From the IMG/VR virus record IMGVR_UViG_3300025009_000011: a stretch of DNA of 64,000 bases; one strand, written 5' to 3'. The notes below the pieces were generated by a model. It ran no database searches, was not told the DNA's origin, and worked only from the letters and a program-made list of their open reading frames with translations. The stretch comes from a virus. Positions 16,924-24,424 of the stretch are shown here, piece by piece. Position 1 is the stretch's first letter; each line of letters opens with the position of its first letter. Position numbers and translations under genes: made by a program.

Positions 16924-16993
16924 TATTCTCTCCGAACGTAGGATAAATTCTATACAAAACCATTTGCAGTATTCAGGCATTCTGCTTCACCCC

Positions 16994-17320
16994 CTACAAT
17001 ATTGATTTTTCAAATTCTAAGTTATCCTCAATATTTATGACAAGCTTACTACTCGGTATATCTATGACATATTTTATACCTAACCTCGTTAATGTATCCC
17101 GCAATTTACCTACTACTTCCATTCGCTTTTTTAGTTCAAGATCAACCCCCAAGGCCTCCCTTGCCGCCTCCCACACCATCATGAAGTCATCACTAGCAAA
17201 TATCCTGCGTGTATTTTTATGTCCCATCGAATCACTCGTTTTCTGGCATTGTCTCAGTAGTCCTTCAAGGGCATTTTCTAACTCTATAATTCTTTCTGTA
17301 CTGTCATTTGACGAACTCAT
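16994..17320 (-). CDS. hypothetical protein
   Basis: Start taken at MSSSNDSTER after SD GGGAGGGAAG. Confidence 0.45.
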   Translation of the reverse strand: MSSSNDSTERIIELENALEGLLRQCQKTSDSMGHKNTRRIFASDDFMMVWEAAREALGVDLELKKRMEVVGKLRDTLTRLGIKYVIDIPSSKLVINIEDNLEFEKSIL

Positions 17321-17696
17321 TTCTTCCCTCCCTAAATACATCCTCAATCCTCTCAACCATCTCCACAGGCAGCGCAACCCGACACATCTCATAATCACTA
17401 TACGTTGCAGGAGATATACCTAATAACCGCGACATCTTCATAATAGTGATAAGTAGCGACCTCCTTCTGCTTCTGATTAACTCCATGAATATCTTATTCC
17501 TTCTGTTGATTTCAGCATTCAACTCTTTCTCTCTTGATGCATCTACCTCAAGTCTTACCCTATTATGTTTCAACTCACAGTTTAGATTGTGGCAATCATA
17601 CGTCCTGCCATACGTTCCGTTCGGACCATCCCATAGGCCGAGGATGTATTTAGTTGGAGTTGCGCAGGTTTGGCAGTTCATTTTATATCCCTCCAT
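17304..17696 (-). CDS. zinc-ribbon plus HTH protein
   Basis: CQTC..C..C at the N-terminus. C-terminal LLITIMKMSRLLGISPATYSDYE is XRE-like. Confidence 0.5.
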   Translation of the reverse strand: MEGYKMNCQTCATPTKYILGLWDGPNGTYGRTYDCHNLNCELKHNRVRLEVDASREKELNAEINRRNKIFMELIRSRRRSLLITIMKMSRLLGISPATYSDYEMCRVALPVEMVERIEDVFREGRNEFVK

Positions 17697-17983
17697 GCAT
17701 TTGAGGGTGATTCACGCATTATTCGCTTAACTAAATCATCTTGTAAAGCATCCGATCTTTCGGCTAAATGTACAATAGCCCTCAGGAGTGCATTTTCATA
17801 TGATATGTCGCCGCTTCTGTAGAATTTGAGACAAGTATTGACGATTGTGTTGTTAAGGTAAAGCTCTCCATTTACAAACTCTTTTAACTCATCATGGTTA
17901 TTCATGCCGATGTCTTTGTAGTTGGTGTTATTTATCATCGCCCCTACTCCACTTGTCATGGGTTTTCTACTTCTTCCTGCCAT
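17678..17983 (-). CDS. hypothetical protein
   Basis: ORF in operon. Confidence 0.4.
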   Translation of the reverse strand: MAGRSRKPMTSGVGAMINNTNYKDIGMNNHDELKEFVNGELYLNNTIVNTCLKFYRSGDISYENALLRAIVHLAERSDALQDDLVKRIMRESPSNAWRDIK

Positions 17984-17985
17984 TG

Positions 17986-18333
17986 TTATTCTCCACCCTT
18001 CTCATACTTATTGCCGATAACTTCGCATATTCTCCCGTCTACACAGAGCAGTTCTGATAATATTAACTCATCGGTCTGGAAACAACCATCTCCAAATGAT
18101 ATAAGTTGAAGGTTTACTCTTCCAGATATTCTTAAGTAATCATCCTCGTAGATTTCCAACCCATTTTTATCGAGAAGGCCAGTAAACTGCATCAACACAA
18201 ACTCACTCGGTTGCAATCCGCTTTCAGTGCAAATGCGCTTATTCTCTAAGTCAATCCAACGAGGATACGACATGTACCATCCTTCGCCTGTTTCACTTTT
18301 TACCCATGCTCTGAATTTTGGGAAGTTGGTCAT
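17986..18333 (-). CDS. YopX-family protein
   Basis: KFRAW..MQFTGLLDKNGLEIYEDDYL. Confidence 0.75.
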   Translation of the reverse strand: MTNFPKFRAWVKSETGEGWYMSYPRWIDLENKRICTESGLQPSEFVLMQFTGLLDKNGLEIYEDDYLRISGRVNLQLISFGDGCFQTDELILSELLCVDGRICEVIGNKYEKGGE

Positions 18334-18593
18334 GATTGGTTGCCTTCTTTCTCGATCTCTTTCCCCTTTTTAATCCCCCATCGTAGACCTTCTTCCAAAT
18401 CTTCAAAACCTGCTTCCGCAAAATACACATCGCCAAAAGTCCATTTATCATGAACACTAACTGTGTATGTTATATTTGGCTCTCCTTCCTCAAATGTTCC
18501 ATTCTGCTTTTGATCAATAATAGTGTAATCAACCGCGATACCCTTATTAGCTAATTTCACAATGCTTTTTAATAAGTCCATCCTTATTCTCAA
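18330..18593 (-). CDS. hypothetical protein
   Basis: ORF with a 4-nt overlap. Confidence 0.45.
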   Translation of the reverse strand: MRIRMDLLKSIVKLANKGIAVDYTIIDQKQNGTFEEGEPNITYTVSVHDKWTFGDVYFAEAGFEDLEEGLRWGIKKGKEIEKEGNQS

Positions 18594-18600
18594 TCCTTTC

Positions 18601-18732
18601 TTATTCCTTAATCACATGACTAGTAGAAACTATATTCCGCTCATCGCATATCGGGCACCAAGTATCTGTTAAATCTCCTACCCATTGCCATCCGCAATCT
18701 TTACATTCCCAATTAACGTATTCCATCCTCAT
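18601..18732 (-). CDS. zinc-ribbon peptide
   Basis: MRMEYVNWECKDCGWQW..WCPICD. Start follows GGAAGGGTGGAG. Confidence 0.4.
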   Translation of the reverse strand: MRMEYVNWECKDCGWQWVGDLTDTWCPICDERNIVSTSHVIKE

Positions 18733-18745
18733 TCTCCACCCTTCC

Positions 18746-19150
18746 TCATCTACACAATACCAACTTTGGTTTATTCGCCTTCTCGGGAACAACCCCATTT
18801 TCGTCCGACCAGTACATAACATCTGCCCAAACATAAATACCGTGTAGCCCTTTTGCGTTTGTGTTCCATTCGATCTTGAGAATCTTGTTTATTGTTACCG
18901 TTTTCTCGATGCCGTGCAGCGTCCACTCACTGATGGGTTTCCTTATCTCCGGAATGTCTGTTCCAAAATCTACATTGAATCTCACATTGTCAAGGAATAA
19001 CTGCTTGCCACGCGGATCTCTTTCAAATATTAGACAGGCTTTAGAGCTATTTTCCTCATAGCACTTTCCGCCATGCCTAACACTTCTTTTACAGTAAGGG
19101 CAATCTTTCGTTTTCCCCACCCCTTTCTCCCTCAAAATGTTTAATCCCAC
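18746..19150 (-). CDS. hypothetical protein
   Basis: 134-aa ORF with N-terminal CPYC..C. Confidence 0.45.
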   Translation of the reverse strand: MGLNILREKGVGKTKDCPYCKRSVRHGGKCYEENSSKACLIFERDPRGKQLFLDNVRFNVDFGTDIPEIRKPISEWTLHGIEKTVTINKILKIEWNTNAKGLHGIYVWADVMYWSDENGVVPEKANKPKLVLCR

Positions 19151-19162
19151 TACCCCTTCAGA

Positions 19163-19414
19163 TTAACCATTATCCTTATTCACCCATCCATTGCCAATAA
19201 TCACATGCACTGGACAAAAGTGAATATCTTGCCATTCTGCACCTTGATTAATAGAGTGCTTTTCGCAAAGTGGTTGGTCGCATGTTTTGCGTGGCCCTAC
19301 TGGATAATCACATAATGATACTGAGACATCGCCGCATACGGAGCATGGCTCTACTCCCTCACCACACACGAACATGGTTGATCCGTCTGGATATGTTTTT
19401 ATTGCACATCCCAA
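19163..19414 (-). CDS. Cys-rich small protein
   Basis: Multiple Cys pairs. Confidence 0.4.
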   Translation of the reverse strand: MGCAIKTYPDGSTMFVCGEGVEPCSVCGDVSVSLCDYPVGPRKTCDQPLCEKHSINQGAEWQDIHFCPVHVIIGNGWVNKDNG

Positions 19415-19417
19415 GGT

Positions 19418-19585
19418 TTATTTACCACCCTTCTTCCTAATCTCTCGAATAGCCCAAATCCTAAACCAAGCACTAGCCGATAATCCTTTAGTCTTGGCAA
19501 GTGCTTTTACTTCTTCTACTTCTTCTTTTGTCTCAAAATATACTTTGACGTGTGGCTTGTTTGACTTCTCTTTGTTGTCGGACAT
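19418..19585 (-). CDS. ribbon-helix-helix-like 55-aa protein
   Basis: MSDNKEKSNKPHVKVYFETKEEVEEVKALAKTKGLSASAWFRIWAIREI. TAATG coupling to the upstream gene. Below the track cutoff. Confidence 0.45.
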   Translation of the reverse strand: MSDNKEKSNKPHVKVYFETKEEVEEVKALAKTKGLSASAWFRIWAIREIRKKGGK

Positions 19586-19977
19586 TAGGTAGCCTCCGTT
19601 ATGGAGGAATTATCATGCTTATTGCCAATAACATTAAGATATTCTGAATCATAGCAAGATAAAGAACTTTCGGTTATGGAGTTTGTAAAATGCCATCCAA
19701 ACTCTTCGAATATAACTTCACCAGTGCATAAAGCTTCCTCTCCCGCAGGTAGGTCAATAAAGTCCACGATATCGTCTTCATAGATTTCTTTACCATTTGC
19801 ATCGCGTAGTCCTGTGAATTGACCGACCGTTTCAGGGATAACAGCGTAGACAAACATTCTTATATCATCACAAGAAAATATCTCTGCACGATTGAAAAAT
19901 GGATTAAAGTTGTAGTATCCATAAACCCACTCTTTGGTATCAATCCTTTTACCGCGAAACTTAATTTCCCTTAACAT
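19585..19977 (-). CDS. YopX-family protein
   Basis: MLREIKFRGKR..VGQFTGLRDANGKEIYEDDIV. Confidence 0.75.
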   Translation of the reverse strand: MLREIKFRGKRIDTKEWVYGYYNFNPFFNRAEIFSCDDIRMFVYAVIPETVGQFTGLRDANGKEIYEDDIVDFIDLPAGEEALCTGEVIFEEFGWHFTNSITESSLSCYDSEYLNVIGNKHDNSSITEAT

Positions 19978-20420
19978 TAAGCACACCTCCTTTTATTAAT
20001 AGGGCTTAATCTTGCATGAAGCTTTGAGTGTTCGCTACTAGACATGGCTATTAAGTTATTTGGATCATTGTCGTATTTATCAAGGTTCTTGTGATGGACA
20101 TCTTCTCCCTTGTTTAGTAACCTGCCAATAGTTTTTTCTGCCACTAACCTATGCTTTGCGACATAACCAGCCTTTGTAGCATTAGGGTGATCCGGTGTAT
20201 AGACATACAAATATCCAGATATTACCACGTACTCATTATATGCTCCCCTGCGTTCTCTTCTCTTTGCATAACACGCATGACTACAGAAGTTAGCATTAAT
20301 ACCATCTTTGCGTACTTTCTCTACATGACAACCACACTCGGGGCATTCAAATAATGAATACGCGTAACTCCTTGAAATACCTTCCTTTCTATAAGTTCCT
20401 AATGACTTAATTTCCCTCAA
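19977..20420 (-). CDS. HNH endonuclease
   Basis: HRLVAEKTIGRLLNKGEDVHHKNLDKYDNDPNNLIAMSSSEHSKLH, with an N-terminal CPECG..C..C. Confidence 0.8.
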   Translation of the reverse strand: MREIKSLGTYRKEGISRSYAYSLFECPECGCHVEKVRKDGINANFCSHACYAKRRERRGAYNEYVVISGYLYVYTPDHPNATKAGYVAKHRLVAEKTIGRLLNKGEDVHHKNLDKYDNDPNNLIAMSSSEHSKLHARLSPINKRRCA

Positions 20421-20683
20421 AATAATTCCTCCAATCTAATATACACCTAGTACCATTATATACCTTTATTAGTACCATGTCTAGGACAAAAAAGAGAAGC
20501 AAGGTCAATATTTCTACCTAAATATAAAAGAACTCCCACACATTTATTGTGTAGAAGTCCAAACAATTCTCATTTCCTTTTATACACCTCCAATCTGTGA
20601 AAACAGTTGGAGTATGTTACTTACTAAATCTTAGTTATTATATAGTTAATTATTAATTATAAGTTACTTCTTAATTAGTGGTC

Positions 20684-20751
20684 CTGTGATAACCTTTGAA
20701 CTAGGTTCCTTGAGAACCTTTGAACCAAAAGCTCTGTGAGAACCTTTGATC
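20684..20751. repeat. three iteron-like direct repeats next to an AT-rich tract
   Basis: CTGTGATAACCTTTGAAC at 20684, CCTTGAGAACCTTTGAAC at 20708 and CTGTGAGAACCTTTGATC at 20734. The tract at 20630-20680 is almost pure A/T. Confidence 0.65.
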
Positions 20752-21071
20752 TATTCATTTATCCTAAAAGCAGTTATTTTCTTCCTCGAAAGGACTCCTG
20801 TTTCTTTATCTCTCCAGTGCATTTGCCACATTTGGACAATGTCCCGAAGTTCGTCCTTTGCCCTCTTAACTGCCGATAAACTCAATCCTGTATCTCCTGC
20901 TAAATCCTCATTACTGCGAAAAAAGAAGTCTGTATTGGGACCAGTGTACCTGTGTTCTAGTTCATTAAGTGCAACATAGAGCCACTTTGCGTTGAGGGAT
21001 AACTTCTTGAATCTTTCCTCGTTAAACAATTCTCTCGACAATTCCAGAAAATTGCCTGCTTTTCTCTTCAT
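20751..21071 (-). CDS. winged-helix (Rep/replisome-organizer-N-like) protein
   Basis: FLELSRELFNEERFKKLSLNAKWLYVALNELE..LAGDTGLSLSAVKRAKDEL. Confidence 0.5.
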   Translation of the reverse strand: MKRKAGNFLELSRELFNEERFKKLSLNAKWLYVALNELEHRYTGPNTDFFFRSNEDLAGDTGLSLSAVKRAKDELRDIVQMWQMHWRDKETGVLSRKKITAFRINE

Positions 21072-21240
21072 TATTCAATTCATTCCTTCTGTTTGTATCA
21101 GCTTCGATAGCGTTAGATTAATCCACCAACAGAAGGTAAGTGAATTTTCTAACGCCACCTCAGACGACCTGGCCGGGTCGTAGCTGAAAATTATCAAATT
21201 AATGACACTTATATTATATCATTATTCCTATATTTGGGCA

Positions 21241-21479
21241 TAAAAATAACCCCCACCATTACGGCAGGGGTTAAATCTTTACTCGTTATATAACTGGTTT
21301 ACAACCGTCTGATACACGGTTTTTTGTGTAGGTATGGACTGATTACCATACATGAAGACTCATTAATCTCCCTGGTAGTGGTCGGGTTAGCTCCCATACC
21401 TTTTAGCAGAGGGGTTTTGTCCCGTAGGAGTTATTAACCACTTTTTCCCACCAGTGCGTCTACGTTTCCGCCACTACAC
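21241..21479 (-). ncRNA. about 240-nt structured non-coding transcription unit (class unknown)
   Basis: Runs from the promoter at 21486-21515 to the terminator at 21241-21272 (AACCCCTGCC/GGTGGGGGTT plus ATTTTTAT on the - strand). No ORF with an SD. A long-range helix pairs GTAGTGGCGG (rc 21468-21477) with CCGACCACTAC (rc 21375-21385). Confidence 0.5.
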
Positions 21480-21485
21480 ATTTAG

Positions 21486-21515
21486 ATTATACCTCAGTAG
21501 TTGCATTTTTTGCAA
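21486..21515 (-). promoter_or_regulatory. sigmaA-like promoter of the non-coding unit
   Basis: TTGCAA (21510-21515), 18 nt, TATAAT (rc of 21486-21491). The -35 box sits in a 12-bp-stem hairpin at 21493-21523. Confidence 0.5.
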
Positions 21516-21623
21516 CTACTGAGTAGGCAAAGAAAAATAGAGCGTCCTGATAGTTTCCTACTATTTCGCTCCGCAAAAGATTTCTCTTTTTCTAATAAGT
21601 TAATTATACCATACCATCAATCG

Positions 21624-21827
21624 CTATTCTACCTTACCACTCAACGCTGCAACCGCTACAGTTCCGCCCACGCCTCCTGCAAACCCAACAAGACCCGATA
21701 CTGCCATCTTGATTAGTTCGGAGTCTACAGGCTGCTTAGTGACTCCTGATGAGACAATGAGGGATAGTATAATAAGCACGACTCCCCCTATGGCTATGAT
21801 GGTGGCTTTTTCTCGCATGGTGTTCAT
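21624..21827 (-). CDS. two-TM small membrane protein (holin-like)
   Basis: Two hydrophobic segments, immediately downstream of the endolysin. Confidence 0.45.
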   Translation of the reverse strand: MNTMREKATIIAIGGVVLIILSLIVSSGVTKQPVDSELIKMAVSGLVGFAGGVGGTVAVAALSGKVE

Positions 21828-21881
21828 TCCTTTCTTTAACGGTATACTAAAAGTTTACACGTATACCAAGGTATACTTTTT

Positions 21882-22586
21882 CTACGGAAGAATAACCAGC
21901 TTGCACGCATACCCCATTTTGATGATCTGTGCTTGCACTTCTGCAGACTTTGAATCCAGAACTCTTACCATTAGGTATCCGTCTTTATCTGGCTTAACTT
22001 CTGCCACGCCAACTCCCTTATAAATAATCCCAAAGTAATCACAAATCCCTTTAGCATGGGCAACCGCTATTTCCTGTCTAAACCCCGGGCTACTTAGTTT
22101 CACCGCATCGCTAATGGTATCGATGAATCCATTCTCAGTTAAAATAGCAGGGGCATCGGTATTGGCAAGTACATAAAGATTAGATGCTTTTAGCCCCCTG
22201 TTTGTCCATCCGCTAGACTCTATCAGGCGAGCTAGGACAGCCCTTCCAGCCTTCTCAGCCCTTCCTCCTAATGATAATACCCAAACCTCTGTACCTGTGC
22301 CATGCCCGGCGTTTATATGAATACTGACGAATAGATCAGCCTTAGCATTGTTTGATGTGTCGCAACGAGCTTGGAGGGAACCGTTGACCGTGGTGTAGTC
22401 TCCCGGCACCCTGCCGGATGTGCGCGTCATTACGACTTGGATGCCGTTTGCTTCTAGGAGAGGTTTTAGCTTAAGGGCAACGTCGAGGGTAATGTTTTGT
22501 TCGAGGAGGCCGTTGGATTGGGCCCCGGAGTCGACTGCGTTTGAATTATGGCCGGGGTCAAGAACTACAATTGGCATGGTAGTCAT
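21882..22586 (-). CDS. N-acetylmuramoyl-L-alanine amidase endolysin
   Basis: VVLDPGHNSNAVDSGA..DLFVSIHINAG, the Amidase_3 pattern. Confidence 0.9.
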   Translation of the reverse strand: MTTMPIVVLDPGHNSNAVDSGAQSNGLLEQNITLDVALKLKPLLEANGIQVVMTRTSGRVPGDYTTVNGSLQARCDTSNNAKADLFVSIHINAGHGTGTEVWVLSLGGRAEKAGRAVLARLIESSGWTNRGLKASNLYVLANTDAPAILTENGFIDTISDAVKLSSPGFRQEIAVAHAKGICDYFGIIYKGVGVAEVKPDKDGYLMVRVLDSKSAEVQAQIIKMGYACKLVILP

Positions 22587-22591
22587 CCTTT

Positions 22592-22819
22592 CTATCTTGA
22601 TTCTAGTTTTCGCTCGATTCTTTCTACTGAAGTACGAACGTCATTAACAACCTCGAGGTTATCCGATAACTTCTCAATTGTTGTGATATATCGTCCTTCT
22701 CTTTCATCGTTGGTATGGAGTATCCATTTTATAAGCCAGGATAACCCGCCTATTGACATTACGAAGAGGGATAGAAAAATGATGTTATTGTCAATTCCAT
22801 ACTTTATTAAGCTCTCCAA
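22592..22819 (-). CDS. BhlA/UviB-type holin-like protein
   Basis: A single N-terminal TM then ..NDEREGRY.. and a coiled tail, upstream of the endolysin. Confidence 0.55.
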   Translation of the reverse strand: MESLIKYGIDNNIIFLSLFVMSIGGLSWLIKWILHTNDEREGRYITTIEKLSDNLEVVNDVRTSVERIERKLESR

Positions 22820-22820
22820 A

Positions 22821-23231
22821 TTAAAACCCCCTCGCTTTAACTTTACCCTCGATTGCTTTTATGGTTTCAGGCCCAATGCCTTTGACTCGATCCAATGCCC
22901 AAACGTCCTCATATGGCCTACCGTCAACGATTCTCTTTGCTAATACTGGTCCGATGTCAGGGAGGGATTCTAGGGATTCGATGCTTGCAGAGTTTATATT
23001 TATTTTTGTGTAGTCGATGTAAAGTGCGAAGAAGGAAATGGATAAGAGGACTATGGTTAATACGCCGATAATTAGCGGTTTTCTGTTGGCCGGCTTAATG
23101 TCTGCTACAAACTCGCTTGTCTCTCGGAATGCTTTGTGGTAGCCCTTGCTCCATGTCCTTGTGCTTTCGTTGTGGTTGTCTGGGGGGAGTCGTTCTTTGT
23201 AGTCTAGCCATGCTTTTAGTTTGTTCCACAT
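22821..23231 (-). CDS. ComEA-like membrane-anchored helix-hairpin-helix DNA-binding protein
   Basis: TM segment, then ININSASIESLESLPDIGPVLAKRIVDGRPYEDVWALDRVKGIGPETIKAI. ATG 23231 follows GGAGGGTG. Confidence 0.7.
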   Translation of the reverse strand: MWNKLKAWLDYKERLPPDNHNESTRTWSKGYHKAFRETSEFVADIKPANRKPLIIGVLTIVLLSISFFALYIDYTKININSASIESLESLPDIGPVLAKRIVDGRPYEDVWALDRVKGIGPETIKAIEGKVKARGF

Positions 23232-23528
23232 ATTGCACCCTCCTTTTGAGAATAGGAAAAGGACACCCGATTTCTCGAATGTCCTCTTAGGTGCGATATC
23301 TTGCACCATTGCCCAATTGGTTGCCCGATAATACTAGGGATCTGCTTGGGCAAGCGTTTGACACAAAGGAGCTACCTTTGCCTGATCCCTAGTTTTAATA
23401 GTGTACCACGAATGTTAATTTACATAAAGATGATTGTTGTAAAGTTATTTTATTCCTTGTTCCATTTTACGTTAAATTTCGCAGAAGTAACGTGGTATGA
23501 TTGTGGGAAAATTTAGAGGGGGAAGAAA

Positions 23529-23960
23529 ATGAAAAAACCACAATTCGTCAAGTCCTTGCTTCTGTCCATGACATTAGTCCTAGCTATTGCCATGCCTGTA
23601 TCGGCCAGATCGACAATGCTACCACCGTTAGGAGTGTATGGGTCAACGTCCTTGTATGCGGACGATGATGACCATACCTATCTTGGCAAGATCACGTTGA
23701 ATAATTATGACGCCGATAGTATCTTCAACGAGTACGGAACCTATGGTAGCAAGTATAGTTCAGAAAGTATATTTAACGAGTATGGTCCCTATGGTGGTAA
23801 ATACGGCTCGTACAGCCCCTTTAATGAGTACACTTCATCTCCTCCGTTTGTTGTTGATACTAGTGGATATACATTGGGGAGATTAAGCGCGAATAGGTAC
23901 ATTGGAAGATATTCAAGTCCGTATGGCTTGACTGACCCTATGGATAAGTTTGGTTTTTAG
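23529..23960 (+). CDS. secreted repeat protein (FNEYG-YG-KY repeats)
   Basis: Signal peptide MKKPQFVKSLLLSMTLVLAIAMPVSA, and three SIFNEYGxYGxKYxS-type repeats. Confidence 0.6.
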   Translation: MKKPQFVKSLLLSMTLVLAIAMPVSARSTMLPPLGVYGSTSLYADDDDHTYLGKITLNNYDADSIFNEYGTYGSKYSSESIFNEYGPYGGKYGSYSPFNEYTSSPPFVVDTSGYTLGRLSANRYIGRYSSPYGLTDPMDKFGF

Positions 23961-23993
23961 TTATTAATGACCGCGTTTTAGAGGAGGAATGAA

Positions 23994-24374
23994 ATGAAAA
24001 GAATTAAGTCAATGGTCCTGGCTATAATGATGGTTATGGTGTTCGTTTTGCCTGTGATGGCAGAGGAGACAACCGATACCTCCGATGTAGCGCAGAAGAT
24101 TGCAAACGTAAGATCAATGGAGGTTTGTGGAGAAATCACTCTTGATGCCAGGATATTTGATCTAACAACAGAGTTGCAGATTCGCAGGTTAAAGATTGAA
24201 CCGGATACTGCTTTTATCGGTGCGATTAGCCAACTTGCGTTTCCGGTTAGCGATGCAGAATCACTCTCGCTAAAAGGTAGGAGATTTAATTGCATAGCAC
24301 TCATGTCGATGTACGGGTTCATAAGTGATGATGAGGCTATAGCTCAACTACAGGCATTAAGCTTAGTCCCATAA
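23994..24374 (+). CDS. secreted hypothetical protein
   Basis: Signal peptide MKRIKSMVLAIMMVMVFVLPVMA. Confidence 0.55.
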   Translation: MKRIKSMVLAIMMVMVFVLPVMAEETTDTSDVAQKIANVRSMEVCGEITLDARIFDLTTELQIRRLKIEPDTAFIGAISQLAFPVSDAESLSLKGRRFNCIALMSMYGFISDDEAIAQLQALSLVP

Positions 24375-24386
24375 GGAGAAAAGTTT

Positions 24387-24417
24387 GAGCAGGGAATTAA
24401 GCCCTGCTCTTTATTTT
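24387..24417 (+). terminator. intrinsic terminator
   Basis: GAGCAGGG pairs with CCCTGCTC, followed by TTTATTTT. Confidence 0.6.
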
Positions 24418-24424
24418 AGCCATA

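Larger units (their letters stand above)
15471..16966 (-). mobile_element. TnpB-only IS200/IS605-like element carrying an RHH gene
   Basis: Bounded by the 9-bp direct repeat AACCATTTG (15471-15479 and 16958-16966). Contains an omega-RNA-like right end, tnpB, an operator, the RHH gene and a left-end hairpin. No tnpA. Confidence 0.65.

Noticed and set aside
15316-17003. 18-19-nt repeat CTTCACCCC(C)TACAATATT at 15316-15333 and 16985-17003, first taken for a target-site duplication of the TnpB element
   Set aside because: On the coding strand both copies are stop-codon plus SD junctions (..ATATTGTAG GGGGTGAAG..ATG) of consecutive small genes. The real insertion junction is the 9-bp repeat further in, which restores an ORF when collapsed.
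21375-21477. Calling the 5' domain of the structured RNA a c-di-GMP-II (or ykkC/ZTP-type) riboswitch
   Set aside because: I saw only short resemblances, such as GGAAAC..GCAC..AACC(C)GACC closing a P1-like helix. The domain is longer than those aptamers, and I cannot verify the conserved cores by eye. It needs a covariance-model search.
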